Source of the DNA: Raja brachyura
Lineage: Eukaryota
DNA length: 64,000 bases
Assembly (NCBI GenBank): GCA_963514005.1
Contig: OY740795.1
Location: forward strand, 806,001 to 870,000
Reading direction: 5' to 3'
Of the stretch, positions 1-12,619 are shown in pieces. The notes below the pieces were generated by a model, which did no database searches, was not told where the DNA came from, and saw only the letters and a program-made list of their open reading frames with translations. Position 1 is the first letter of the stretch, and every line of letters starts with the position of its first letter. The position numbers and the translations under genes are program-made.

Positions 1-815
1 GGAGAGTGGGCAGTTGAATGGCAGATGACGTTTAATGCGGATAAATGTGAGGTTAACCACTTCGGTAGCAAAAACAGGAAGGCAGATTACTGTCTTAATG
101 GCGTCAATTTGGGAAAAGGGGAAGTATCACGTGATCTATGAAAGTAGGCATGCAGGTACAGCAGGCAGTGAAGAAAGCGAATGGCATGCTGGCCTTCATA
201 ACAAGTGCAATCCAATATCGGAGCAAAGAGGTCCTTCTGCAGTTGTGCAGAGCCCGACTGAGACCACACCTGGAGTATTGTGTGCAGTGTTGGTCCCCTA
301 ATTTGAGGAAGAACATTCTTGCTATTGAGCGCGTGCAGCGTAGGTTTACATGGTTAATTCCTGGGATGGCGGGACTGTGAATGCTGAAAGAATGGAGCTG
401 CTGGACCTGTACACTCTGGAGTTTAGAAGGATGAGAGGGCATCGGTTTGAAAGACATAAGATTGTCAAAGTCTTGGACACGCTAGAGGCAGGAAACATGT
501 TGACGATATTGGGGGAGACCTGTACCAGGGGCCACATTTTAAGAATAAAGCGTAAGCCATTTAGAACGGAGAAGAGGAAACACTTTTTCTCACAGAGAGT
601 GGCGAGACTGTGGATTTCTCTGCCTCAGAGGGCGGTGGAGGCGGGTTCTCTGGATGCTCACAGAGAGCTAGATCGGGCTCTTTAAATAGTGGAGTCAGGG
701 GATATGGCGAGAAGGCGGGAACGTGGCAATGATTGTGGATATTCAGCCATGATCACAATGAATGGCGGTGCTGGCTCGAAGGCCCGAATGGCCTAATCCT
801 GCAGCTATTCTCTAG
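1..815 (+). mobile_element. CR1-type LINE, degenerate 3' portion of ORF2 and 3' UTR
   Basis: Frameshifted ORF pieces (138-380 RPHLEYCVQCWSPNLRK; 350-685 LEFRRMRG...FFSQRV) typical of the CR1 RT C-terminus. Confidence 0.85.
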
Positions 816-1194
816 TGTCACTTGCCTGCCCTTGGTCCATATCCCTTCAAATCTCTCCTATCCATGTACCTGTCTAACCGTTTATTAAACGATGGGATAG
901 TCCCAGCCTCGTCTACCTCGTGTGGCAGCTTGTTCTATACACCCACTACCCTTTTTGTGAAAATGTTTCCCCACGGATTGCTATTGAATATTTTTCCCTT
1001 CTCCTTGAACCTTGTCATATGGTGGTCGATTCGCTGGGTAAAAGACACTGTGCATCTACCTGGTCTATTGCTCTCATGATTTTGTATTTCTGGCACACCT
1101 CACCTATAGCTTTATTTTCGATAGATGTTTTCCGCATAGAGAAGGTATTTTAAGCACGGTATCTGTATGGAACTTTGCACACCCTAGATCATCC

Positions 1195-1560
1195 TGATAC
1201 CAGACTGATTCCTGGGATGTCAGGACTTCCATATGAAGAAAGACAGGATAGAAAGGGTCACATTTTAAGGATAAGGGGGAAATCATTTTAGGACCGAGAT
1301 TAGAAAAAACATTTTTTACACAGAGAGTGGTGAATCTCTGGAATTCTCTGCCACAGAAGGTAGTTGAGGCCAGTTAATTGGCTATATTTAAGAGGGAGTT
1401 AGATGTGGCCCTTGTGGCTAAATTTATCAGGGGGTATGAAGAGAAGGCAGGTAAGGGACACTGAGTTGGATGATCAGCCATGATCATATTGAATGGCGGT
1501 GCAGGCTCGAAGGACCGAATGGCCTACTCCTCCACCTATTTTCTATGTTTCTATGTTTCT
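1195..1560 (+). mobile_element. 5'-truncated CR1 3' fragment inserted in the 3' flank of GPCR copy 1
   Basis: (TTTCTATG)n tail. Flanked by ATCC at 1191-1194 and 1561-1564. The paralogous site near 20365 (tagatcatccgctgct) is uninterrupted. Confidence 0.85.
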
Positions 1561-1970
1561 ATCCGCTGCTAAAACAGCAGATTATCTTTAAAACGAATAC
1601 CTCGTTATTGTGCCATGATACGTCTTTTCAATGATAAAAGGAAATCATAAATATAACCCGTTGCACCTATTCAACAAAAAATCTTCACTCGTTTTGAAAG
1701 CAATATGTCCCAGGCGTGTGTATACATATTCGTGAAAACACAGAAGTTGAATGATTTAACGGGGTACATGATGATATGTACAAGACGTGCGACTCAATTG
1801 AGCCCATGAACCTACTAAGCAGGTGGGCGTGCCCGAAAGGGGGAATGGCCGAATGCCCGAAAGAGCATAAAATGTCTGCACATTAAATGCTGTCTTTTCG
1901 CATAAACCCTACAGCAAAGCAACGCATGAAACCCAGCTGGTCACTAGTTTGTGTTATATTATTTTAACTT

Positions 1971-4685
1971 ACACATTACCGATTTTAATATCTTTCTAGT
2001 GCAAATGACCGGAAAAAGTCTGTCCAGGCATTGCGCATGAACACTTTCAAACTTCGATACGCAATAAAATGTACAACACTTGTGGCGCAGGGCAGGATGA
2101 TGCAGCTCGAGATTGCCAGAAATAAAACCACCGACCGTCTGCGATTTACCATCTCCGGGTCTTTCTTTTTCTCCCCACCGCTGAGATCACGGAAATTTCT
2201 GTGGATTCGACTGGCCACGAAAACACGTCTTGCGGTGAGGGCGTTAAACAACAAAATCAGGCAGAATGGTATCGCCATGGAGGAAAACTGTTCGGTGCAA
2301 TAGAACACCATCCATTCGTGACGCATGTAAAAATGGACACGTTTCCGGCAGCCATGTGGTCCACCCCATCCGCGATAAGGAAAGTAGGCGAAGGGCATGG
2401 GTAGGGTTTGGAGGCTGACCAATGTGATCACTGTCAGGATAACAATCGATGCGGTTCACTCGCTACAATATTTAGTTTTCATGCCCTGAATAGAAATCGC
2501 AACAAAGCGATCAAACGTGAAAGCGACTGTGAATAATGCAGAACAATTCACCGTGACGGATGCCAGGAAAATCGTTATTTTGCACACAGGGGTGTAGTGC
2601 AAGGAAGCATGCCACCAATACAGATCAGCAATGCGGTGAAATATCACCTCACAGAGAATCACAGAGAGGTCGGCGGTCGCCATGGCTACCATGTATGGAG
2701 TGATGCACTTGGAAAGGCCGCATTTGCAACGGGACAAGATCAAAATCGCCATCAGATTCACTGGGAAAGAATGAAAACAGAAATTAATTAATTGTCTGGT
2801 GTACGGGCTGGTGGGAGGGAGCGAACGGAGTAATTTAACCCTGTGTCGCCAGTAGTAGATACAATTTATTTAACGAATTAATATTTGGGACAATCATCCG
2901 TCATTCGTTTGCCAGAAAGACGTTCAATCAGTAAATTTTAAATACGTGATTACCAAAATTAGTGGGATTGCCTTATGAAGACGGAAAGAGAAGGACATGA
3001 AGATGGAAATAGTAGAACACAAGGCAATCCAATTTTGGTCAACAGGAATGTAATCTGGAAATTATTAAAATCCTGTTTACCACAATTAGCGGGGTTGCCG
3101 TTTGTACTAATATAGAACATTTTCAACAAGACAGTCAGTGTATCAAAATGAAATTAAGATATAATTTTTATAACGGTAAATTCAAATGCACAGTATCGTT
3201 TTTATTGCTGAGACGTGAGCAACTTTTGCGTCGGGCACTGAGTCAATCGTGGTCTGGATTAACGCGACCTGTTTTCCAATGGGCCGTCGAGAATGCATTT
3301 CTGAACATGAAACCAAGTAAATGGATTCAGTGAAGCACTGCAAATATAATTACCAACACCCTTCACAAACACGGCTAACAACATTTTGGCAGGTAGTTTC
3401 TGCCGAACAGCGGGCGGAATTCCGTACCGTACCTGACAAGAACAAGTGCTGGAGTATCTCAGTGGCGCAAGCAATATCTCTGGACGACACATATAGGCGA
3501 TGTATCATCTCGAGCCCCTTCTTCAGAATCCGATTGGAAGAATGATATCAAACCGATACGTCAACTTCGTCGGTCCTCCAGAGATGCGGCAAGTCTGACT
3601 GAGTAACCAGTTCTTTGTTTTCACTGGAGCAGGTTGTTGTGGAGCAGGTTGATCGTGCGACCTTCAAATCTGTCTCAACGAAATTATTCCCCTGAGAAGA
3701 ACAGATAAAGCTCACCGTTTGACCTGTTTTTACAACATGTTAAATGGTTAGCTAGACATAGATCACAAGACCTCCACTAACCCAAAACCAATTAGGAGCA
3801 GACGAGTGCATTCGATCCAATTTGTGGTCCCAGCCACAAAGACAGGTGTGTACAGCAATTCGTTCTTCCCACGCACTATTAAAGGATGGAATGATCTCCT
3901 CCAAACCAAGGTTTCCCAGTCAGATGCAAATCAATTTAAAGTGGCACTTTCTTCCCAATAACCCTCTCTGGCTTACCCCTTCCTTCACCATCTCCAGATT
4001 AAATTCCAGTTGGAATATGTTGGAGGACCAAGTAACCAAGAACCAAGAACAAAGAATTTAAGAGCGATACAGAAAATGCAGTGCCGAATTACTGGACAGG
4101 GTGCATTTCTCGTTCTGCCGAATGCAGAACGCACAGTGGATCAGAAATTGCCACTCACAGCGAGGAACAAATTGCCCTTCACTTCGCAAAAGTACATGTG
4201 CGGGAATTGATTTTAGTAAAACGCGGTGAAGGCTGCATTTCTCCAGCTTCACTGAACGGCATCCATCAAATATACCAAAGCTCTTCGTCGCTCCTAAGAT
4301 GTATATTTCTTGTTTCGTTTTAGTTAAGGGATACAGCGCGCACACTAACACCAGCTCACGCACACAAGGCACAATGTATTTTATTTTATGGTGTGAGGAG
4401 AAAACCGAAGATGTCAGGGAAAACCCAAAAGGTAACGGGGAGAACGTACACACTCCGTACAGACAAGCGCAGTAAGATAACTACTCTGGTGCTGCGCCAC
4501 CGTGCCGCCCTAACTCCTGCTGGGCCATTCGCTATGTTCTCTTAACCTTTAATACTCTGCGCTGTTCAAACAGTGTTTGTTAGTTCCATGAGATGTGCTG
4601 ACAATTACCTACCAGATAAACCGATTGCTGCCAGAATCGGATAATACACAAGTCCTATTTTTTCCTCGATCGGAATACCGTGCAT
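1971..4685 (-). pseudogene. GPR139/GPR142-like class A GPCR pseudogene (copy 1)
   Basis: Exon 1 at 4685-4613 (MHGIPIEEKIGLVYYPILAAIGLS, donor GTAGGT). Exon 2 starts at 2760 after ttcccAG (VNLMAILIL...MATADL...TVAFTFDRFVAI). In-frame TGA at 2458-2456 (paralogs have R). About 118 bp covering TM7 are missing relative to the 908-bp exon 2 of the paralogs, which shifts the frame. Confidence 0.9.
3705..4056 (+). mobile_element. Non-LTR retrotransposon 3' end with (AACCAAG)n tail, in the GPCR1 intron
   Basis: Translates to ...SNSFFPRTIKGWNDL. A similar second copy lies at ~4985-5268. It is absent from the paralogous introns. Confidence 0.7.
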
Positions 4686-4984
4686 TTTAATGCGAAAGTC
4701 CAGGCGATCACGGCAGGTGGAGCCGCCCTGCGGTTGTCAGCGAACCAAACCAATATCTGCCCTATCTATAAAGAAATAAAGGACAAAGCAGGCAAGGGGT
4801 TAACATCCCTGAGGGCTTTAGTTACACATTTTTGAACAAACATCTACTGTTTTCCATGTAATATTCAAAATCACAATCATGGTGGCGACATTTCCAACAG
4901 TAGACAGTGAACCATGGATTTTGCAAATCCCAAACTATTGCCGGCGAAAGTTGAACCTGTTCTACTCGCGTTTCCAAACCTACA

Positions 4985-5268
4985 CAAGACCTACACAAAC
5001 CCCAAACCAATTAGGAGCAGATTAGGGCATTCGGTCCAATTTGTGGTCCCAGCCACAGACAGATGTGTGTAGCAATTGTTCTTCCCACGCACTATTAAAG
5101 CATGGAATAATCTCCACCAAACTACGGTTGCCCAGCCAGATGCAACTAAATTTTAATTGGCACTTTCTTCCCAATAACCCTCTCTGGCTTAATCCCTCCC
5201 TTCACCCTCCAGTATAAATTCCAGTTGGAATATTTTGGAGGACCAAGTAACCAAGAACCAAGAACCAA
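4985..5268 (+). mobile_element. Second copy of the same retrotransposon 3' end, upstream of GPCR1 exon 1
   Basis: Shares aacccaaaccaattaggagcag...ttggaggaccaagtaaccaagaaccaagaac with 3780-4050. Confidence 0.7.
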
Positions 5269-5699
5269 ACAGCGATAACAGGGAGAGAGCGGGACGCAGG
5301 GCAGGCACCTCAGCATATCTACTGGTCAGACAGGGCACACAGAGTCGAATATCTCCGAAAAGTGGCGTTTTGGGGGAAAGAGCAACAAAAGAGAGAAAAA
5401 TAGGAGCCGGATCCGCGTCCAAATAAGTAGTTGATTATTTGAGTAAATCTGAATCCACAATATGAGAGAAGGGCCTTTTGGCAGACATGCTGAGCGATGT
5501 GATTGTTTAGTCAGGGGAGAATTAATCTCCACAGGCCAGATCTCTGGGTAAGGTGCCCGCCATTTAAAACGAGTTGACATTAATATATGCGATAATCTGT
5601 CCCAATGGCAAGTAGACACCCTGTCATTAAATATTCAAGCACGAGACGGATACGTTTTGAGATGGGAATCATTGCATTGAAGGGGAATACGATCTAATC

Positions 5700-7210
5700 T
5701 GATATCAATAAAATCTAGAACAGTTTTGAGCCGTCGAGCACATGAGTGGCTGATGCTGTACAATGTGGATATATGTGAGGTTATCCACTTCGATGGCAAG
5801 AACGAGAAAGCGGATTATTATCTGAATGGTGTCAGATTCTGAAAAAGGGAGGTGCAACGAGACCTGGATGCAGACTGAAAGTATGCATGCAGGTGCAGAT
5901 GTCAGCGAAGAGAACTAATGGCATGTTGTCCTTCATAGCGAGAAGATTTAAGTTGACGAGCAAAGAGGTCCAACTGCAGTTGCACAAGGCCCTGGTGAAA
6001 CCACAACTGGAACATTGTGTGCAGTTTTGGTCTCCTAATTCTTGTTAGAGAGGAAGTGAAGTGCAGGTTTACCAGATTAATTTCCGGGATGCCGGAAAAG
6101 ACACATCATGAAGCAATGGGGTGGCTGGGCTTGTAATCTCTGGAATTTAGGATGAGAGGGTAGCATATGCAAACATAACATTCTTAGCGCATTGGACAAT
6201 ACGCAATAGACAATAGGTGCAGGGGGAGGCCAGACTGCCCTTCATGCCAGCACACCCATTCAATGTAATCATGGCTGATCATTCACAATCAGTACCCCGT
6301 TCCTGCTTTCTCCCCATATTCCCTGACTCCGCTATCTTCAAGAACCCTATCTAGCTCTCTCTTGAAAGTATCCAGATAACCGGCCCCCACCGCACTCTGA
6401 GCTAGACAATTACACAGACCCACAACTCACGGTGTAAAAAAGTATTTCCTCTTCTCAGTTCAAAACGGCTTACCCCTTATTCTTAAACGGTGCCCCTCGT
6501 TCTGGACTCCCCCAACATCGGGAACATGTTTCCTGCCTCTTGCTTGTCCAAACACTTAATAATATTTTATGTTTCAATAAGATCCTCTCTCACCCAACTA
6601 AATTCCAGAGTATACAAGCCCAGCCGCTCCATTCTCTCAGCACGTGACAGTCACACCATCGCGGGAATTAAGCTTGTGAACCTACGCTGCACTCCCCGAA
6701 AAACAAAACAATTGGAGCGGCTAGATGCAGGACATTTCTTGCGAATATTGAGGGAGTCCAGAAACCGAGGGTCGCAGTTTACGAATAAGGGGTAGGCTAG
6801 TTAGAAACAATGAAACAAAAAAATCAATGCAGGAGTAGGCCATTCGGCCCTTCGACCCAGAACCGCCATTCAATATGATTATGGATGATCATCTAAAATT
6901 AGTACCCCGTTCCTGTTTACTCCCCGTATCCCTTGATTCCTTTAGCCCCAAGAGCTAAATCTACCTTTTCCTTGAAGCATCCAGTGAATTGACCTTCACT
7001 GTCTTCTGTGGCGGAGAATTCCACAGATTCACAACTCTCTGGGTGAGGAAGTTTTTTCTCACGAGGTAGATAGTTTTGCAGGACTGCTCTCGAGTTGTGC
7101 TAGGATGGTTCAGTTGCCTGATAACTACAGGGAATAAACTGTCCCTAAATCTGGATGTGTGAGTTTTGCACACTTCTATATCTTCTGCCAGATTGGAGAG
7201 GGGACTGTGC
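5700..7210. mobile_element. Mosaic of nested CR1 fragments on both strands plus a short Rex1-like piece
   Basis: CR1 RT-derived sequence (tgtgaggttatccactt, cagttttggtctcctaat) interrupted by reversed CR1 3' UTRs. Boundaries approximate. Confidence 0.7.
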
Positions 7211-7530
7211 CTTCACCCTATCTACTACCCCCATATGTTCAGTTGACTGAATGGTTCAAATGGTCTACTGAACGTCAGAGAAACGTCAGAACCACATCAG
7301 ATGCTTCACATCAGATGCCAGGCCACCAAACAAAGCAGCAGATTTAACGATCCTCTTCTCAAACTCCCCATCACCTCGAACATCGATTTTCAGAAATTCC
7401 CAGAACACCGCCCGCAAAGAAACGAACAGGCCAGCCGAGGTTCCGGCTCATTCTCCGAGACAGGGGCAGGATCTGTCAGGGGACCTGGACTCCAGCATCT
7501 TGTCACGTAAACCATTAATTTCCCGGAGAA

Positions 7531-7902
7531 CGCGCGATTGGAATCCTCCTGTTTTTTGTAGTGTCACTCTGCTTACGCCGTGAGTACCGGTCCCCTACTC
7601 CCGCACAGTTCGGGTTGAACATAAAACAACCCGAGTCCACTCCGACCTGAATTTCAAACACTGTCCGCGATTTATCCTTCTTCCGTGGTTCGCGCGAATT
7701 CCCACTCACCTCTCCCTGTGTTTCATCCACAGACACCTTCAGTCAGTCAGTGACCCAGAGCCCGAGTACGGTGACTGCAAAAGAGTGCCAACCTGTCACC
7801 ATCACCTGCCTTTTCCAAGAAGGTTCCTGGGGTTACTACGAATTTAAGGTTGGACATTTCTTCAAGCATGCACAACCCGTTGGCGGAACAGATTACAATT
7901 GA
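7531..7902 (+). pseudogene. NAR-TCR-type V segment pseudogene (leader exon plus 5' half of the V exon)
   Basis: Hydrophobic leader exon ~7531-7579 (AIGILLFFVVSLCLR, phase-1 donor GTGAGT at 7580), 153-bp intron, acceptor AG at 7731-7732. V exon reads HTFS-QSVTQSPSTVTAKECQPVTITCLFQEGSWGYYEFKVGHFFKHAQP, with an extra FR1 Cys (7786-7788) before the canonical Cys (7807-7809). No in-frame ATG (TAA at 7516). Stop at 7900-7902. No FR3 or RSS found. Confidence 0.75.
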
Positions 7903-8199
7903 ACACCCTGGAATCGTTACATTTGATTCTAATGGGCATTGACTGTTGACCTTAACAGCTATGCCCCCATGCAAAGCAAAGACAAATACCATGAGGCATA
8001 GAAGCAGAGTTAGGCCATTTGCCCGTCGTGGAAAATGAAATCCACTGTTGGAAGTGAAAACGTAAAGTGCGTGGGTGAAGACTGTGATATGTAGCAAGGG
8101 TCAATTCAGAGAAAAGGGGGAAAGTATCCGAGTTTGCTGCGTGAGGACGAAATGCCGATGTCAATGCGGCTCAAATATCAGAGTGATCAGAGTGATCAG

Positions 8200-9280
8200 A
8201 ACTTATCCTTCTCAAGTCCAGCGCTTGGCGAACACTTATTATGCGCGACCGAATGATCCCCCGAATAATTCGCGTAAACGTCCGTTTGGTAATCTCCAAA
8301 GCCTCCATATCATTCCTCAGACCCGGGACCCAAAACTGCTCGCAATATTCCAAATGTGATCAAATCAGTGCCTAAAAAAATCTACCATTTACATTAGATC
8401 CCTTTTTTCATATTCTAGTTACCTCGAAATCAATGCTAAAATTTAATTTGTCTCCCTCAACGACGATTCACTCTGCAAATTCACATTTTGGAATTCCCGC
8501 ACCAACATTCCCAAGTCCCTTTGCACCTCAATTTCTGAATCCTCTCCTGATTTAGAAAATAGTCGACATCGTTATTCCTTCCACCAAAGTGCAGTACCGT
8601 ATAGTCTGCTGTGTGGTATTCCATCTGCCACTTATTTGCCCCCTCTTCCAACCTGTTCAAGTAACTCTGCAGACTCCATGCTTACTCAACAATACCTGCC
8701 CCTTCACCTATTTTTTGGCATCGGCCGCGATATCTACCTCAAAGCCATCAATTCCATCATCCAGATCGTAAACATACAACGGAAAACGTAATGCACCCAA
8801 CATTGACACATTAGTCAAAGGCAGCAAGCGGAAAATATAACGTTTGTCCTGAAACGGACAGACTATCCTCTATCCACACGGATACCTTATCTCTAACACC
8901 AATACTCCAAACTTAATTGACCGCTTCGCGTCCTGCCCCGTTTAATGTTCATCAGAAAATTTAAGTAAACAGCATTTCTGACATTCCTTTGTCCATGCTG
9001 ATTGTTACGTTCACAAATAATTTCAACAGGTTTGTCAGGCGAGAGCCCCTTGCTGACTTCCCCGATTTTATCATGTGCTTTAAAGTAACCGGAACCTAAT
9101 TTTTACTAATGGTCTCCAAAATCGTATCAACTATTGAAGTCATGCTAACCGCCTTATCATTACATCGGGCTTATAAATTTTCCCATACAATTTATGCGAT
9201 TGATCCACGCCCCCCTCGAGTCAATGCCTGGGAAACAATCTCTTTCTTATTTCCAGGAACCAGAGGGAGGTTGGCAGGAG
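8200..9280 (-). mobile_element. Old degenerate CR1 fragment
   Basis: Minus ORF 8171-8353 MEYCEQFWVPGLRND resembles the CR1 motif HLEYCVQFWSP. Boundaries approximate. Confidence 0.6.
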
Positions 9281-9458
9281 AGTAGATGGGCTGCGAGTGA
9301 AGCTGGACCCGCTGTTAACATTCCACAAACTGAAATGAAACGACAGCTGCCAGAACTGTTGAAACGGTTCTCGGGAGGGGAAAATATGAACCGCAAGCAG
9401 GAAAAAGCTGGCGACCATGATTGAAAACTAAAACTGTTCTTTAATAAATGAAAGTAAA

Positions 9459-10951
9459 CAATGAAATTAGAAACTGGAACAGTCCCCGAGGATTGGCGTA
9501 CTGCGCATGTTGTTCCATTGTTTAAAAAGGGTTCTAAAAGTAAACCTAGCAATTATAGACCGGTTAGTTTGACTTCAGTGGTGGGCAAATTAATGGAAAA
9601 GATACTTAGAGATAATATATATAAGTATCTGGATAAAGAGGGTCTAATTAGGAACAGTCAACATGGATTTATGCCTGGAAGGTCATGTTTGACTAATCTT
9701 CTTGAATTTTTTGAAGAGGTTACTAGGGAAATTGACGAGGGTAAAGCAGTGGATGTTGTCTATATGGACTTCAGTAAGGCCTTTGACAAGGTTCCTCATG
9801 GAAGGTTGGTTAAGAAGGTTCAACTGTTGGGTATAAATGCAGGAATAGCAAGATGGATTCAACAGTGGCTGAATGGGAGAAGCCAGAGGGTAATGGTGGA
9901 TGGCTGTTTGTCGGGTTGGAGGCAGATGACTAGTGGGGTGCCTCAGGGATCTGTGTTGGGTCCTTTGTTGTTTGTCATGTACATCAATGAACTGGATGAA
10001 GGGGTGGTAAATTGGATTAGTAAGTATGCAGATGATACCAAGATAGGGGCTGTTGTGGATAATGAAGAGGATTTCCAAAGTCTACAGAGTGATTTAGGCC
10101 AGTTGGAAAAATGGGCTGAAAGATGGCAGATGGAGTTTAATGCTGATAAATGTGAGGTGCTACACCTTGGCAGGACAAATCAAAATAGGACGTACGTGGT
10201 AAACGGTAGGGAATTGAAGAATACAGTTGAACAGAGGGATCTGGGAATAACCGTGCATAGTTCCTTGAAGGTAGAATCTCATATAGATAGGGTGGTAAAG
10301 AAAGCTTTTGGTATGCTAGCCTTTATAAATCAGAGCATTGAGTATAGAAGCTGGGATGTAATGTTAAAATTGTACAAGACGTTGGTGAGACCAAATCTGA
10401 GTATGGTGTACAATTTTGGTCGCCCAATTATAGGAAGGATGTCAACAAAATAGAGAGGGTACAGAGGAGATTTACTAGAATGTTGCCTGGGTTTCAACAG
10501 CTAAGTTACAGAGATAGGTTGAATAAGTTAGGTCTTTATTCTCTGGAGCGCAGAAGGTTAAGGGGTGACTTGATAGAGGTCTTTAAAATGATGAGAGGGA
10601 TAGACAGAGTTAATGTGGACAAGTTTTTCCCTTTGAGAATAGGGAAGATTCAAACAAGAGGACATGACTTTAGAATTAAGGGACAGAGGTTTAGGGGTAA
10701 CATGAGGGGGAACTTCTTTACTCAGAGAGTGGTAGCGGTGTGGAATGAGCTTCCAGTGGAAGTGGTGGCGGCAGGTTCGTTGGTGTCATTTAAAAATAAA
10801 TTGGATAGGCATATGGATGAGAAGGGTATGGAGGGTTATGGTATGAGTGCAGGCAGGTGGGACTAAGGGAAAAAAGTTGTTCGGCACGGACTTGAAGGGC
10901 CGAGATGGCCTGTTTCCGTGCTGTAATTGTTATATGTTATATGGTTATATG
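9459..10951 (+). mobile_element. Young 5'-truncated CR1-type LINE (RT domain), tail (ATGGTTAT)n
   Basis: ORF 9461-10453 has NYRPVSLTS, YMDFSKAFD, GVPQGSVLGP and YADD. One frameshift near 10397, then ORF 10480-10866. GTAAA is duplicated at 9454-9458 and 10952-10956, and an empty site is visible near 12910. Confidence 0.95.
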
Positions 10952-11574
10952 GTAAAACGTAGAAGGAAACCCAGTGAAAATAAAAACAACTCTTAATACA
11001 TAAAGGGCAGCGCATTTTTCCCGTGTTGGGTAAATTGCACTTAACAGATGACCTTTCAGTTGTTAAACACAGAATGCTGTGGAGGCCAAGCTAGAGGGGA
11101 AAATAAGGCCGCGAAACATAGATTTTTGATTAGTCGAGGCGTCAGAGGTTTTTGTTATTGCGGAGCATGCAGGAGAATAGGGTTCGCAAGGTGAAATAAT
11201 TCAGCCAACATTGAATGGCGGAGCAGGCTTGATGGGTCGAATGGCCTAATTATACTCCTATCACATTACCTTATTACCTTATGCCTTAAATGCCAACACA
11301 TCACTGTTGAACCTTAATTATATCCAGGAAGGGATACACTTCAGTCAAGCTGTGGGGAGAATGACCAGTTCTATTGTTATAACGAGAAGAACGAATTACA
11401 AAATGTTAGAGAACCGAGTAAGGTAATTTGGCTCATTCACCGGATCACTGCTCTCTGAATCTGCTCCACTATTATTCCATGCTTGCTTTGACTGTTCCCA
11501 CAGCGTGGGATGTTTCCAATTTCCCTTTCATAATCAGAGTTTGACCTCGCGGATATTCGTCAGTGATTTTCACC

Positions 11575-11930
11575 ACGGTGGCGCAGCGGTCGAGCTGCTG
11601 CCCAACCGAGCTGTTGGCACCTGAGACCCGATACCTGAGTTCGATATCGACTCCGGGTGACGGCTCTCTGGAGTTTCTATGTTATCCCCATAATGTGCGT
11701 GGGTTTTCTCCGAGATCTAGGGTTTCTTCCCACACTCCAAATACGGACAGTTTTGAAGGGTATTTGGATTCTATAAATGTAAATTATCCATCGTGTGTGT
11801 GGGATAGTGTTAATGTGTGGGATTGCAGGGCGGCGCCGACGGTGGGCCGAACGGGTCCGTTTCCGCGCTGTGTCCCTAAACTCAACTAAACTAAACTGAA
11901 CTAATGTAAACTAAACTGAACGAAATTAAA
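11575..11930 (+). mobile_element. tRNA-derived SINE with (CTAAA)n tail
   Basis: 5' ggtggcgcagcgg (box A-like), gagttcgat (box B-like) and ctaaactaaact tail. Paralogous copy at ~13537-13885. Confidence 0.7.
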
Positions 11931-12072
11931 ACTCAACACGTCGCAGGAACAGTTTCCATGCATTTTGCTAAAATGTGATGAAGTGCCGGAGACGGTAACC
12001 AGCTTCTCCGCATGTCACAGTCTCCAACATTCAATGTTAAAACAATAACAATTCCCCTGTTATTTTCTGCAG

Positions 12073-12378
12073 ACTCAATTTCCGCGGGTTCCCAGAGTCC
12101 GCCTCAACAATACTCTCTTTCTGGTGACGCTGTCACTCTTAACTGCGTATATTCCGGAATCTGCTCGTACACAGTACACTGGTACCGACAGTTCCCAGGG
12201 CAGGCTCTGGAATTCCTGCTCCAAAGACACACTTCAGGAATACAAGAAAAGGAAGAGGCTGCCGAAGGCCGTATTACAGGTTCTCTTGATCCTGGCCAGA
12301 AAATCAGCCAGTTAACGCTATCTGAAGTACTGCCGAGCGACGAGGCTGTGTATTACTGTGGGATGAGTCCGCGCATCG
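12073..12378 (+). CDS. TCR delta-type V segment, leaderless, with extra CDR1 Cys (NAR-TCR 'supporting' Vdelta type); open frame
   Basis: Phase-1 acceptor ttctgcAG at 12071-12072. Reads DSISAGSQSPPQ...VTLNCVYSGICSYTVHWYRQFPG...SDEAVYYCGMS. Canonical Cys at 12144, extra Cys at 12162, WYRQ and YYC present. No hydrophobic leader exon seen in the upstream ~1 kb. Confidence 0.88.
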
Positions 12379-12417
12379 CACAGTGACACAGCGCAGTGAC
12401 ATAGCTGTACCAAAACC
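12379..12417 (+). promoter_or_regulatory. 23-bp spacer recombination signal sequence
   Basis: CACAGTG + 23 nt (acacagcgcagtgacatagctgt) + ACCAAAACC. Confidence 0.95.
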
Positions 12418-12580
12418 TCAGTGCGGCGGAACACAGGCACACAGCACTGCAGAACATCTGTGGCGCTATCCGAGAACTTCAGATTTGTATGGATTGATTA
12501 CACGTTACGAGGGAAGGAAGATAAATATAAAGCTTACAAAGATAAATTGCGTTCAAACTTACAGACGCACAATTAGTCTG

Positions 12581-12619
<39 letters not shown>

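Noticed and set aside
11147-11155. Perfect RSS nonamer GGTTTTTGT as a possible NAR-TCR J signal
   Set aside because: No heptamer at 12 or 23 nt, no J-like coding sequence, it lies in a decayed CR1 3' UTR, and it is altered in the paralog.
12012-12072. ATG-initiated N-terminus (MSQSPTFNVK...) as a fused leader for the supporting V; also 13989-14049
   Set aside because: It lacks a convincing signal-peptide hydrophobic core and overlaps the polypyrimidine tract and acceptor, so it is treated as intron.
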